A stretch of DNA of 64,000 nucleotides, from assembly GCF_002067035.1 (NCBI RefSeq), contig NZ_MVQB01000060.1, forward strand, positions 103,499 through 167,498. The letters are read 5' to 3'. The DNA is from Methanoregula sp. PtaB.Bin085 (GTDB lineage Archaea; Halobacteriota; Methanomicrobia; Methanomicrobiales; Methanospirillaceae). Shown one piece after another: positions 44,752 to 54,354 of this stretch (positions are counted from its first letter, which is position 1; the number at the start of each line of letters is the position of its first letter). The notes below the pieces were generated by a model, which saw nothing but the letters and a program-made list of their open reading frames with translations, searched no databases and had not been told where the DNA came from. Made by a program: the position numbers and the translations under genes.

Positions 44752-45338
44752 TCATCATGGCACGAACGAAAGGTTACCCGGAAGCGCTGGAGAAGAAACT
44801 CCGCGACCAGCGATATTACCGTGAAGACTCCAATCCGGACTTCACCAAGAACGTCAAGGCAATCTCCCGCACCATCCCCCACATGTGCTACCAGTGCGGT
44901 ACCTGCACCGGCTCCTGCCCCTCGGCACCCCGCAGCTCCTACCGTATCCGCCACTTCATGCGGCGGGCGGTCCTTGGCCTCGAGAACGAGGCGCTCACCG
45001 ACCCCGACCTGTGGCTGTGCACCACCTGTTACAGCTGCTCGGACCGCTGCCCGCGGGACATCATCCCCACGGATGTCATCATGGCAATGAGGAACCTCGC
45101 TTTCAAGAGGGATATCGTCCCGGTCAACTTCCTCAAGACCGTGCAGGCAATCTACTCCTCCGGCCACGGCGTTCCCAACAACGACGTCAACAGGGCGGCC
45201 CGCGAGAAGCTCGGCCTGACCCGCGACCCGCCGACCACCCACATGTACCCCGAATACATCAAGGGTATCCAGAAGATCCTCGACCACTACAAGCTCAAGG
45301 CCAACGCGGACAGGATCGTCAAGGAGAGGGAGGGATAA
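44748..45338 (+). CDS. hdrC: CoB-CoM heterodisulfide reductase subunit C
   Basis: CYQCGTCTGSCP and CTTCYSCSDRCP motifs, 196 aa. Position directly upstream of hdrB. Confidence 0.95.
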   Translation: MIIMARTKGYPEALEKKLRDQRYYREDSNPDFTKNVKAISRTIPHMCYQCGTCTGSCPSAPRSSYRIRHFMRRAVLGLENEALTDPDLWLCTTCYSCSDRCPRDIIPTDVIMAMRNLAFKRDIVPVNFLKTVQAIYSSGHGVPNNDVNRAAREKLGLTRDPPTTHMYPEYIKGIQKILDHYKLKANADRIVKEREG

Positions 45339-45341
45339 GCC

Positions 45342-46265
45342 ATGTCAGAAGCAGGCGCAAACCACAAATTCGCATTCTACCTCGGATGCATCGCCCCCAA
45401 CCGGTACCCCGGTGTCGAATCGGCCTCCATCAAGGCCATGAAGAAACTGGGCGTGGAGCTCGTCCCCCTCAAGGGTGCCAGCTGCTGCCCCGCACCCGGT
45501 GCATTCGGCTCGATCGACCTCAAGGTCTTCTACGCCATGGCCGCACGGAACCTCGTGCTCGCCGAGCAGATGAAGATGGACATCGCCCTTGTCTGCAATG
45601 GCTGCTACAAGTCGATCTGGGAGGTCAACCACAAGCTCAAGCACAACAAGGACCTCCGCGATGACGTGAACGAAGTCCTCAAGGAGATCGACATGGAGTA
45701 CAAGGGGACCATCAACGTGTACCACACCGCGGAACTCCTGTACAACGACAAGTTCATCGGCGTTGAGAAAGTCCGCGACAGCGTGACGAATCCCCTGACC
45801 GGTGCCCGCATCGCCGTCCACTACGGCTGCCACCTGGTCAAGCCCCACAAGGACCGCGAGTTCGAGAAGGAAGTCATGCTCAACACCGAATGCCCGACCT
45901 GGATGGAAGAGCTTGTCGCCGCCCTCGGCGCAACCCCGGTCGAGTACCGCAACAAGATGCAGTGCTGCGGTGCCGGCGGCGGTGTCCGCGGGTACGATAT
46001 CGTCCACGCGCTGGACATCACCAACGAGAAGCTGTACAACCTTGAGGAAGTCAAGGTGGACGCCCTCACCGATATCTGTCCGTTCTGCCAGCTCCAGTTC
46101 GACCGCGGCCAGATCGAGATCCAGGAGAAACTCGGCGCCAGGCACAGCATACCGGTACTTCACTTCGCCGAACTCCTCGGCCTTGCACAGGGAATGAGCC
46201 CGCAGGAACTCGGGCTGGACCTCCACGGTATCAGCTGCGAACCATTCCTGCAGAAGGTGCTGTGA
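45342..46265 (+). CDS. hdrB: CoB-CoM heterodisulfide reductase subunit B
   Basis: Two CCG domains (...ASCCPAPG..., ...MQCCGAGGG...; CPFCQLQ), 307 aa. Confidence 0.95.
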   Translation: MSEAGANHKFAFYLGCIAPNRYPGVESASIKAMKKLGVELVPLKGASCCPAPGAFGSIDLKVFYAMAARNLVLAEQMKMDIALVCNGCYKSIWEVNHKLKHNKDLRDDVNEVLKEIDMEYKGTINVYHTAELLYNDKFIGVEKVRDSVTNPLTGARIAVHYGCHLVKPHKDREFEKEVMLNTECPTWMEELVAALGATPVEYRNKMQCCGAGGGVRGYDIVHALDITNEKLYNLEEVKVDALTDICPFCQLQFDRGQIEIQEKLGARHSIPVLHFAELLGLAQGMSPQELGLDLHGISCEPFLQKVL

Positions 46266-46275
46266 GGTGGTAAAA

Positions 46276-48462
46276 ATGGCAGAAAAGAAGAAAGCAACCA
46301 CCAAGAAAACCGAGTCCAAGAAAGAGGACACCAAGAAGGTAGCTCCCGTGAAACAGGAAGTCAAGAAGCAGGCAGCAGCACCTGCCGCAAAGCCCAAGGC
46401 AGCAGCCGCAAGCGCAGCTGCCCCGGCGAAGGCAACCGTCGGCAGCACTACCAAGCAGGGTGACGCACGCATCGGCGTGTTCATCTGCCACTGCGGTACC
46501 AACATCGCCGGTTCGATGGACATCGAAGCTGTCCAGGCATATGCAAAGACGCTCCCGAACGTTGCCTATGTTGATAACTACAAGTACATGTGCTCGATGC
46601 CCGGGCAGAGTGTCATCAACAAGGCAGTCAAGGAGAACAAGCTGACCGGTGTCGTTGTTGCTGCATGCTCGCCCCGTCTCCACGAGCCGACGTTCAGGAC
46701 CGCAACCAAGGAGTCCGGCCTGAACCCGTTCCGGTTCGAGATGGCCAACATCCGCGAGCAGAACTCGTGGGTGCACATGCACGACCGCGAAGGCTCGACC
46801 GACAAGGCAAAGGACGCAGTAAGGATTGCCGTTGCCAAAGCAGCGCTCCTCCAGGACCTCTTCCCCAAGAGCGTGCCGGTCGAGAAGGCAGCCATGGTCG
46901 TCGGTGCCGGTGTCGCCGGCATGCAGGCAGCCCTTGACCTTGCGGCAGCAGGGATCAAGACCTACCTCATCGAGTCCGACATGAGTATCGGCGGGCGCAT
47001 GTCCCAGCTCGACAAGACCTTCCCGACGCTCGACTGCTCGCAGTGTATCCTGACCCCGAAGATGGTGGATGTCGGCCGGAGCGACAAGATCGAGCTCATG
47101 ACCTGGTCCGAGGTCCACGAAGTCGAAGGGTACATCGGAAACTTCGACGTCACCATCCGGAAGAAGGCCCGCGGTGTCATGACGCCCAAGGAAGCGGAAG
47201 CGAAGGGCATCGTCGGCGGCGGCTGCAACGGCTGCGGTGACTGCGAGGCAGTCTGCCCGGTCGTCAAGCCCAACGAGTTCGAGATCGGCATGAAACCGCG
47301 GAAGGCCATCTACATCAACCACCCGCAGGTCGTGCCCCTGATCTACACCATCGACTTCAACTCCTGCGTCAAGTGCGGCCTCTGCGTGACCGCCTGCGGT
47401 CCCGAGAAGCGGGCAATCGACCTCGAGATGAAGGACGAGTTCGTCAAGGTCAAGGTCGGGACGGCTATCCTCGCGACCGGCTACGACATCTTCCCCATCG
47501 AGAAGAAAGAGGAGTGGGGATACAAGCGGTTCGAGAACGTTATCACGAGCCTCGAGTTCGAGCGGCTTATCTGCGCATCCGGCCCGACCGGCGGCCACCT
47601 GGTCCGCCCGAGCGATGGCCAGACCCCGAAGAGGGTCGCATTCGTGCTCTGTGCAGGCTCCCGTGACAACACCGGCACCGGCAAGCCCTACTGCAGCCGG
47701 TTCTGCTGCATGTACTCGCTCAAGCACGCCCACCAGATCATTGAAAAGATCCCGGGATGCGTTCCCTACATCTTCTATATGGATATCCGTTCCTTCGGCA
47801 AGATGTACGAGGAGTTCTATTACCGCATCCAGGACGAGGGTGCGAAATTCATCCGCGGCCGCGTGGCCAATATCCTCGAGGATCCCAAGACCAAGAACCT
47901 CCATGTCATGACCGACGATACACTCCTGAACCGCCCTGTTGACATGGAAGTCGACATGGTTGTTCTCGCGGCAGCAATCCAGCCCAAAGAAGACACGAAC
48001 CGGACCCGCAAGCTCTTCGGTGTCTCCTGTTCCATGGACGGCTGGCTGCTCGAAGCCCACCCGAAGCTGAACCCGTGCGGAACCACCACGGCCGGTGTCT
48101 TCCTTGCCGGTGTCTGCCAGGGGCCCAAGGATATCCCCGACACGGTAGCATCCGCAGAAGGTGCGGCATCCGCGGCATCCATCCCGATCCACATGGGAGA
48201 AGTCGAGCTCGAGCCCTACTTTGCCTCCTGTATCGAGGAGAAGTGTGCAGGCTGCGGCATGTGTGTCAACCTCTGCCCCTACAGCGCTCTGTCGCTCGTA
48301 GAGAAAGATGGCCGGACCGTGATGCAGGTCACCGAGGCCAAGTGCAAGGGCTGCGGTACCTGCGGCGGATTCTGCCCCGGTGGCGCAATCTGGATGAATC
48401 ACTTTGCAACGCCCCAGATCGTTGCTCAGATCGATGCCTTCCTGCTCGGAGGTGAGCAGTAA
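46276..48462 (+). CDS. hdrA: CoB-CoM heterodisulfide reductase subunit A, with Lys/Ala/Pro-rich N-terminal extension
   Basis: HdrA core from ARIGVFICHCGTNIAG onwards, with an FAD fold (VVGAGVAGMQAAL) and several CxxCxxCxxxCP motifs. ATG 46276 is preceded by GAGGTGG. The ORF track starts at GTG 46267. Confidence 0.95.
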   Translation: MAEKKKATTKKTESKKEDTKKVAPVKQEVKKQAAAPAAKPKAAAASAAAPAKATVGSTTKQGDARIGVFICHCGTNIAGSMDIEAVQAYAKTLPNVAYVDNYKYMCSMPGQSVINKAVKENKLTGVVVAACSPRLHEPTFRTATKESGLNPFRFEMANIREQNSWVHMHDREGSTDKAKDAVRIAVAKAALLQDLFPKSVPVEKAAMVVGAGVAGMQAALDLAAAGIKTYLIESDMSIGGRMSQLDKTFPTLDCSQCILTPKMVDVGRSDKIELMTWSEVHEVEGYIGNFDVTIRKKARGVMTPKEAEAKGIVGGGCNGCGDCEAVCPVVKPNEFEIGMKPRKAIYINHPQVVPLIYTIDFNSCVKCGLCVTACGPEKRAIDLEMKDEFVKVKVGTAILATGYDIFPIEKKEEWGYKRFENVITSLEFERLICASGPTGGHLVRPSDGQTPKRVAFVLCAGSRDNTGTGKPYCSRFCCMYSLKHAHQIIEKIPGCVPYIFYMDIRSFGKMYEEFYYRIQDEGAKFIRGRVANILEDPKTKNLHVMTDDTLLNRPVDMEVDMVVLAAAIQPKEDTNRTRKLFGVSCSMDGWLLEAHPKLNPCGTTTAGVFLAGVCQGPKDIPDTVASAEGAASAASIPIHMGEVELEPYFASCIEEKCAGCGMCVNLCPYSALSLVEKDGRTVMQVTEAKCKGCGTCGGFCPGGAIWMNHFATPQIVAQIDAFLLGGEQ

Positions 48463-48921
48463 ATGTCTGCACCCGGAAACTTCCCGATCCCCGAAAGAGG
48501 CCCCGGCATCTGGCAGCCCAAGATCCAGGGCATCGTCTGCAACTGGTGTTCCTATGCCGGTGCCGACCTTGCCGGTGGTGGCCGTATCCAGTACCCCCCG
48601 GACATCCGGATCGTGCGCGTCATGTGCACGGGCCGTATCGACTCGCTCTTCGTCCTGAAGGCGTTTGCCGACGGGGCGGATGGCGTGCTCGTCTCCGGTT
48701 GTCACTTCGGTGACTGCCACTACCTTGAAGGCAACTACAAGGCAGCCAAGAGGATGTTCATGGTCAAGCGCCTGATGAAGAGCATCGGCCTTGACGACCG
48801 CCGCTTCCGGATGACCTTTGTCTCGGCATCCGAAGGCGCAAAGTGGGGCGCTGTTGTTACGGACGTTGTCAAGACGATCCGCGAACTCGGGCCCAGCCCC
48901 ATCACCGAACTCAAGAAATAA
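48463..48921 (+). CDS. mvhD: MvhD-type iron-sulfur subunit (F420-non-reducing hydrogenase delta / Hdr-associated)
   Basis: VCNWCSYAGADLAG...VMCTGRID...GADGVLVSGCHFGDCHY. The ATG directly abuts the hdrA stop. Confidence 0.95.
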   Translation: MSAPGNFPIPERGPGIWQPKIQGIVCNWCSYAGADLAGGGRIQYPPDIRIVRVMCTGRIDSLFVLKAFADGADGVLVSGCHFGDCHYLEGNYKAAKRMFMVKRLMKSIGLDDRRFRMTFVSASEGAKWGAVVTDVVKTIRELGPSPITELKK

Positions 48922-49119
48922 CCAGGCTGTGGCGGGGGAGATAACTCTCCCGTCGCATAATGTAAAAACCGGACACGCCTATCGCACCAGACGATGCACT
49001 GCAAACCGGTTCCGGGGGTGCCGTATGCCCGGATTGTTCCTGATTCCGGGAATGCACAGCAACCCCTCCCTTTTTATACAGAGCGCACCGGAAAATCGAA
49101 GGATTCATACCATGGAATT

Positions 49120-49413
49120 CGATTTCGTAATAATAATTTTAGTTTTCGTAATACTGCGTAAAACAATGAAACGTGACAAATATGTAGTATTTGAACATTC
49201 CTTCTTTTTTTTGAATTATCGCCTGTGATTAATAAAATGATTTTCCGGGATAAAATCGGAATACTTATATGGCGAAATCTGGAATTATTCAATGTCCCTT
49301 CCTAGGGGACGTGCAATAGCGACTTTCATTCATTACCAGTATCCCCGCTAGGGTATACTCTCGCTCACTGACAGTACTGTATAGCGGTTAAACGACAATT
49401 TGGAGGAATTCAA
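49120..49413 (+). promoter_or_regulatory. AT-rich mcr promoter/leader region with hairpins
   Basis: AT-rich tract with TATA-like ACTTATAT (49263-49270), hairpins at 49294-49310 and 49338-49359, palindrome ACAGTACTGT (49371-49380), and GGAGGA 7 nt before the mcrB ATG. The transcription start is not determinable from sequence. Confidence 0.35.
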
Positions 49414-50727
49414 ATGGCAAAATACAAAGATGCAGTAGACCTTTACGACGATGAGGGTAAGCTCTTAAAGAGCAATGTTACCATCGACAAGGTCAGCCCG
49501 CTGGTCAACAAGGGAACCGCAGGCATCATCGACCTCACCAAGAGGACCGTTGCAGTCAACCTCGCCGGTATCGAGGACGCACTCAAGACCGGTAAGATGG
49601 GTGGCAAGAACAACCAGATCCTCGGCCGCAGCATGAGCTGCAGCTGTGTCAAGGATGCAGATGCACTCGCAGCCAGGATCAAGGACATGGTCCAGGTCAC
49701 CGATGGCGACAACACCAAGATCACCAAGGTCGGCGGCGGCAAGCTGCTCCTTGTTGAGGTCCCGAGCGCCCGTCTCGACGCCGCGGCAACCTACGATGCG
49801 GCGTCCACCGCGGTTGCAGCAGCAACCACCTACGCGGTCATCGACCAGTACAAGGTTGGAATGTTCGACGGTGCATACGTCAAGTCCGCTATCTGGGGTT
49901 CCTACCCGGTAACCATGGACATGGCAGGCGGCAACATCGTCTCCATTATGTCCATCCCCCAGAACAACGAAGGCCTCGGCTACGCACTCCGCAACATCCC
50001 GGCAAACCACGCGGTCATGATGACCCACCGGAATGCAATCCAGGCAGCAGCCCTGATGTCGACCTTTGAACAGGCCGGCGAATTCGAGATGGGCATGGCA
50101 ATCGGCCCGTTCGAGCGCGCCCAGCTCCTGCTCTACGCATACCAGGGACTGAACGCAAACAACATGGTCTACGACCTCGTCAAGAAGAACGGCAAGACCG
50201 GTACCATCGGTACTGTTGTCCAGAGCCTTGTCGAGCGTGCCATTGAGGACAAGGTCATCAAGGCAGGCAAGAAGGGCAAGAGCGGCTACATCTTCTACGA
50301 GACCAAGGACCCCATGCTCTGGAACGCCTACGCATCCGCAGGCACCCTCGCTGCAACCATGGTCAACTGTGGTGCAGGACGGTTCGCCCAGGCAGTCTCC
50401 GCAACCCTGCTCTACTTCAACGACCTGCTCGAGCACGAAACGGGCCTCCCCGGCTCTGACTTCGGCCGTGCAATGGGTGTTGCAGTCGGGTTCTCGTTCT
50501 TCAGCCACTCGATCTACGGTGGCGGCGGCCCCGGTGGATTCAACGGTAACCACGTCGTTACCCGCCACGCAGCCGGTGTCGGTATGCCCTGTATCGCAGC
50601 CGCATGCGCTCTCGATGCAGGCACCCAGATGTTCGGCCCCGAGGCAACCTCGAAGGTCTACCAGGACACCTTCGGCCAGATTGACGCGTTCAAGAGGCCG
50701 ATGCAGACGATCGCAAAGGCTGTATAA
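49414..50727 (+). CDS. mcrB: methyl-coenzyme M reductase beta subunit
   Basis: 437 aa, MAKYKDAVDLYDDEGKLL..., full-length McrB. First gene of mcrBDCGA. Confidence 0.97.
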   Translation: MAKYKDAVDLYDDEGKLLKSNVTIDKVSPLVNKGTAGIIDLTKRTVAVNLAGIEDALKTGKMGGKNNQILGRSMSCSCVKDADALAARIKDMVQVTDGDNTKITKVGGGKLLLVEVPSARLDAAATYDAASTAVAAATTYAVIDQYKVGMFDGAYVKSAIWGSYPVTMDMAGGNIVSIMSIPQNNEGLGYALRNIPANHAVMMTHRNAIQAAALMSTFEQAGEFEMGMAIGPFERAQLLLYAYQGLNANNMVYDLVKKNGKTGTIGTVVQSLVERAIEDKVIKAGKKGKSGYIFYETKDPMLWNAYASAGTLAATMVNCGAGRFAQAVSATLLYFNDLLEHETGLPGSDFGRAMGVAVGFSFFSHSIYGGGGPGGFNGNHVVTRHAAGVGMPCIAAACALDAGTQMFGPEATSKVYQDTFGQIDAFKRPMQTIAKAV

Positions 50728-50741
50728 GCCCCTTTGATAAA

Positions 50742-51212
50742 ATGACAGAAGCCACGTTCCCCCAGTGCAGGATCGATTCCGAGCGGTTCATGAACCCCGA
50801 GACAACCGAGCGCCTGCTGAACCAGATCATATCAGTTCCCGGTGTACGGCGGATGGTCCTCAACGGACCCCGCCTTCCCGCGACTGTTCCCTTCGGTCCC
50901 GCCAAAGGATCTGCCAACCCTCACCCGATGAGGAAGACGATCAAGGTCGGCGACCAGGAGATGGAACTCCAGGTTCATGTAGGCACGGTCCTGCTCGAGC
51001 TCGAGAACTGTGACGTCATCCCTGCACTCAGGGCCGCAATCGAACCGGTGTTCAAGGATTTCTCCTTCCGGATCAAGGAAGGAAGGTTCATGAAGACCGA
51101 ACCGTCACTTGTGGATTACTGCAAATACGGCCCGAACGCGGACAAGGATATGATAGGCCTTGCTGATCCCAACAGCAAGTCCAGACCCGTAATCATTCAG
51201 GGAACCAAATAA
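50742..51212 (+). CDS. mcrD: methyl-coenzyme M reductase operon protein D
   Basis: 156 aa with an McrD-like sequence, located between mcrB and mcrC. Confidence 0.93.
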   Translation: MTEATFPQCRIDSERFMNPETTERLLNQIISVPGVRRMVLNGPRLPATVPFGPAKGSANPHPMRKTIKVGDQEMELQVHVGTVLLELENCDVIPALRAAIEPVFKDFSFRIKEGRFMKTEPSLVDYCKYGPNADKDMIGLADPNSKSRPVIIQGTK

Positions 51213-51847
51213 TGCCGATTGGTCGAGTAACCCAGGTTGTTGACTGCCGCGAGGCGATGGGCATGGGAAAAGGAGGCGGGATTGCCCAGCGGGGCACCAT
51301 CTCCGAATGCCGGTACCCGGACGTCATCGTGGTCGGGATGTCTCCCGGCCGCCGACACGTGACGAAACCGGTATGCGATATCACCTCAGGGCTGCGACAG
51401 CAGGGCGTCGAGTACAGCATCAGCACGCTGGTGCTGTATGCGGGGAGCGGCGTGCCCCCGGATGCACCGAAATTGGCCGGTGGCGTCCTTGGCGCTGCAA
51501 TGGGTATCACCGACAAAGAGATCGCACAGATAGAGAAACACAAGGTTGCCATCCTTCACCACGGGAACGTACGTTCCCATGTTGTTCAGAAGGTCAGGTT
51601 TATTCTCCAGGCCTGCGACGTGAAGGCGATCGTTGTTTCCCAGTGCCCGATCGATTACGAGGACCTCGCAAAGGAAGGCGTCAGGACGCCCTTCGTTATG
51701 CCGCCCGCGGACAGGATCCGTACGAAAGGTACGGTTATGGCCATTGTCAGCGGCGTGACAAGGGGTCAGACCCCCACGCGAGAGAAGATGGCTGAAGTCA
51801 TTTCATCGGTAATGAGAATCGTGAAAAAGAAGGAATCATTGGAGTGA
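51212..51847 (+). CDS. mcrC: methyl-coenzyme M reductase operon protein C
   Basis: 211 aa, MPIGRVTQVVDCREAMGMGKGGGIAQRGT.... TAATG 1-nt overlap with mcrD. Confidence 0.93.
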   Translation: MPIGRVTQVVDCREAMGMGKGGGIAQRGTISECRYPDVIVVGMSPGRRHVTKPVCDITSGLRQQGVEYSISTLVLYAGSGVPPDAPKLAGGVLGAAMGITDKEIAQIEKHKVAILHHGNVRSHVVQKVRFILQACDVKAIVVSQCPIDYEDLAKEGVRTPFVMPPADRIRTKGTVMAIVSGVTRGQTPTREKMAEVISSVMRIVKKKESLE

Positions 51848-51854
51848 TAAAATA

Positions 51855-52622
51855 ATGGCATACAAACCCCAGTATGGTCCCGGACAGACCTCTGTCGCCG
51901 AGAATCGGCGCAAGCAGATGAACCCGGACCACAAGCTTGCGAAGCTTCGGGATGTCTCCGACAAGGACCTCGTCCTCTGTATGGGACACCGTGCACCCGG
52001 CTCGGCATACCCAAGCTGCCACCCGCCGCTCTCCGAGCAGCAGGAGCCCGCATGCCCGATCCGCAAGCTCGTGACCCCGACCGATGGCGCAAAGGCCGGC
52101 GACCGCGTCCGCTACATCCAGTTCTCCGACTCGATGTACAATGCACCCTGCCAGCCCTACCAGAGGTCCTACCTCGAGGCATACCGCTTCCGCGGCATTG
52201 ACCCGGGTACCCTGTCCGGCCGTCAGATCGTCGAGTGCCGTGAGCGCGACCTCGAGAAATATGCAAAGGAACTCGTCGGAACCGAGCTCTTCGATGCAGC
52301 ACTCACCGGCATCCGCGGATGCACTGTCCACGGACACTCCCTCCGTCTCGATGAGAACGGAATGATGTTCGACATGCTCCAGCGCGCTGTCCTCGACAAG
52401 AAGTCAGGCGTTGTCAAGATCGTCAAGGACCAGGTCGGTGTCCCGCTGGACTCCGAGGTCAAGATCGGCAAGCCCATGGATGCAAAGTGGCTCAAGGCAA
52501 ACACCACCATGTACCACTCTGTCTCCGGTATCGGCTTCCGGGACGACCCCGAGTACGTTGAGTACATCCAGCGCATCCACTCGCTCCGTGTCAAGTACGG
52601 CTTCATGCCCAAGGAGGCGTAA
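51855..52622 (+). CDS. mcrG: methyl-coenzyme M reductase gamma subunit
   Basis: 255 aa, [24 protein letters not shown]...[16 protein letters not shown].... Confidence 0.97.
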   Translation: MAYKPQYGPGQTSVAENRRKQMNPDHKLAKLRDVSDKDLVLCMGHRAPGSAYPSCHPPLSEQQEPACPIRKLVTPTDGAKAGDRVRYIQFSDSMYNAPCQPYQRSYLEAYRFRGIDPGTLSGRQIVECRERDLEKYAKELVGTELFDAALTGIRGCTVHGHSLRLDENGMMFDMLQRAVLDKKSGVVKIVKDQVGVPLDSEVKIGKPMDAKWLKANTTMYHSVSGIGFRDDPEYVEYIQRIHSLRVKYGFMPKEA

Positions 52623-52624
52623 TC

Positions 52625-54313
52625 ATGGCAAAAGCAGCAAAGATCGAGAGGACCCAGAAGCTCTTCCTGAAGGCAATGAAGGAGAAGTTTGCCGAGGACC
52701 CCCAGGCACAGTCAACCGTATTCAAGCGCGAAGGCCTTTCCCAGTCCCCGCGCAAGATGGAGTTCGTCAAGGCCGGTAAGAAGGCCGAGATGGACCGCGG
52801 CATCGCGATGTACGACCCGGCACGCTGCCACTGCGGCGGTATCCCGCTCGGCCAGCGCCAGCTGATGACCTACGAGATCAGCACCACCGGCGTCTTCGTC
52901 GAGGGTGATGACTGCCACTTCGTCAACAACGCTGCCATGCAGCAGATGTGGGACGATATCCGCAGGACCATCATCGTCGGCCTCGACCTCGCCCACGGCA
53001 CCCTCCAGAAGAGGCTGGGCAAGGAAGTCACCCCCGAGACCATCAACGAGTACCTCCACGTGCTGAACCACGCAATGCCCGGTGCAGCCGTCGTGCAGGA
53101 ACACATGGTCGAGACCCACCCGTCACTCGTGGACGACTGTTACGTCAAGGTCTTCACGGGCGACGAGGAAATGACTGACGACCTCGAGCCCCAGTTCGTC
53201 CTGAACGTCGACAAGCTCTTCCCGGCCAAGCAGGCAGCCCAGCTGAAGGCAGCCGTCGGCAAGTCGATGTGGCAGGCAGTGCACATCCCCACCACAGTAT
53301 CCAGGACCTGCGACGGAGGTACGACCTCCCGGTGGTCCGCAATGCAGATCGGTATGTCCTTCATCGGTGCGTACAAGATGTGCGCCGGTGAGGCAGCAGT
53401 CGCCGACCTCGCATTCGCCGCAAAGCACGCCGGCGTTATCCAGATGGGTGAGATTCTCCCCGCACGCCGTGCACGCGGCCCGAACGAGCCCGGTGGCATC
53501 AAGTTCGGTCTGTTCTCCGATATGATCCAGTCCGACCGCAAGTACCCCAACGACCCCGTCAGGGCATCCCTTGAAGTGGTCGCGGGCGGCTGCATGCTGT
53601 TCGACCAGATCTGGCTCGGCAGCTACATGTCCGGCGGTGTCGGGTTCACCCAGTATGCAACCGCTGCATACACCGACAACATCCTTGACGACTTCACCAC
53701 CTACGGTGTCGACTACGTCAAGAAGAAATACGGCGGCCTTGCAAAGACCAAGCCCACCCAGGAGATTGTCAACGACATCGCCTCGGAGGTCACCCTCTAC
53801 GGTATGGAGCAGTACGAGGAGTTCCCGACCACGCTCGAGTCCCACTTCGGCGGCTCCCAGCGTGCAACCGTCCTTGCAGCAGCGTCCGGTGTCACCACCT
53901 CGCTCGCTACCGCGAACTCCAACGCCGGTCTCAACGCATGGTACATGTCCATGCTGATGCACAAGGAAGGCTGGTCACGTCTCGGATTCTTCGGCTACGA
54001 CCTGCAGGACCAGTGCGGTTCCGCAAACTGTATGTCCATCCGGCCCGACGAGGGTTGTGTTGGCGAACTCCGTGGCCCGAACTACCCGAACTATGCAATG
54101 AACGTCGGTCACCAGGGCGGCTACGCAGGTATCGCAGCCTCGGCACACATTGCCCGCGGCGACGCGTGGACCCTCAACCCGCTCATCAAGATCACGTTCG
54201 CAGACCCCTCGCTCAAGTTCGACTTCTCCGAAGTCCGCCGCGAGTTTGCGAAGGGTGCAATCCGCGAGTTCATGCCCGCCGGCGAGCGCTCGCTGATCAT
54301 CCCCGCAAAGTAA
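52625..54313 (+). CDS. mcrA: methyl-coenzyme M reductase alpha subunit
   Basis: 562 aa. Active-site and modification regions are present ([60 protein letters not shown]). Confidence 0.97.
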   Translation: MAKAAKIERTQKLFLKAMKEKFAEDPQAQSTVFKREGLSQSPRKMEFVKAGKKAEMDRGIAMYDPARCHCGGIPLGQRQLMTYEISTTGVFVEGDDCHFVNNAAMQQMWDDIRRTIIVGLDLAHGTLQKRLGKEVTPETINEYLHVLNHAMPGAAVVQEHMVETHPSLVDDCYVKVFTGDEEMTDDLEPQFVLNVDKLFPAKQAAQLKAAVGKSMWQAVHIPTTVSRTCDGGTTSRWSAMQIGMSFIGAYKMCAGEAAVADLAFAAKHAGVIQMGEILPARRARGPNEPGGIKFGLFSDMIQSDRKYPNDPVRASLEVVAGGCMLFDQIWLGSYMSGGVGFTQYATAAYTDNILDDFTTYGVDYVKKKYGGLAKTKPTQEIVNDIASEVTLYGMEQYEEFPTTLESHFGGSQRATVLAAASGVTTSLATANSNAGLNAWYMSMLMHKEGWSRLGFFGYDLQDQCGSANCMSIRPDEGCVGELRGPNYPNYAMNVGHQGGYAGIAASAHIARGDAWTLNPLIKITFADPSLKFDFSEVRREFAKGAIREFMPAGERSLIIPAK

Positions 54314-54327
54314 ATCCAATCTTCATC

Positions 54328-54334
54328 TTTTTTT
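54328..54334 (+). terminator. oligo-T tract after mcrA
   Basis: T7 run 15 nt after the mcrA stop codon. Archaeal terminators are typically oligo-T. Confidence 0.45.
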
Positions 54335-54354
54335 CCGAAGGTTATCAGACCCCG

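Noticed and set aside
45345-46523. 392-aa minus-strand ORF.
   Set aside because: It is antisense to hdrB and has no recognisable domain. Same GC3 artefact.
46231-48720. 829-aa minus-strand ORF, the longest ORF in the window.
   Set aside because: It is exactly antisense to hdrA/mvhD. The product is low-complexity (Gly/Asp/Ala/Val/Leu-rich) with no motifs. This is the typical stop-free antisense frame of a GC3-rich gene.
49465-50568. 367-aa minus-strand ORF, plus similar ORFs at 51766-52337, 52712-53119 and 53123-53962.
   Set aside because: All are antisense to the unambiguous mcrB, mcrC/mcrG and mcrA genes, with Gly/Asp/Val-rich junk translations.
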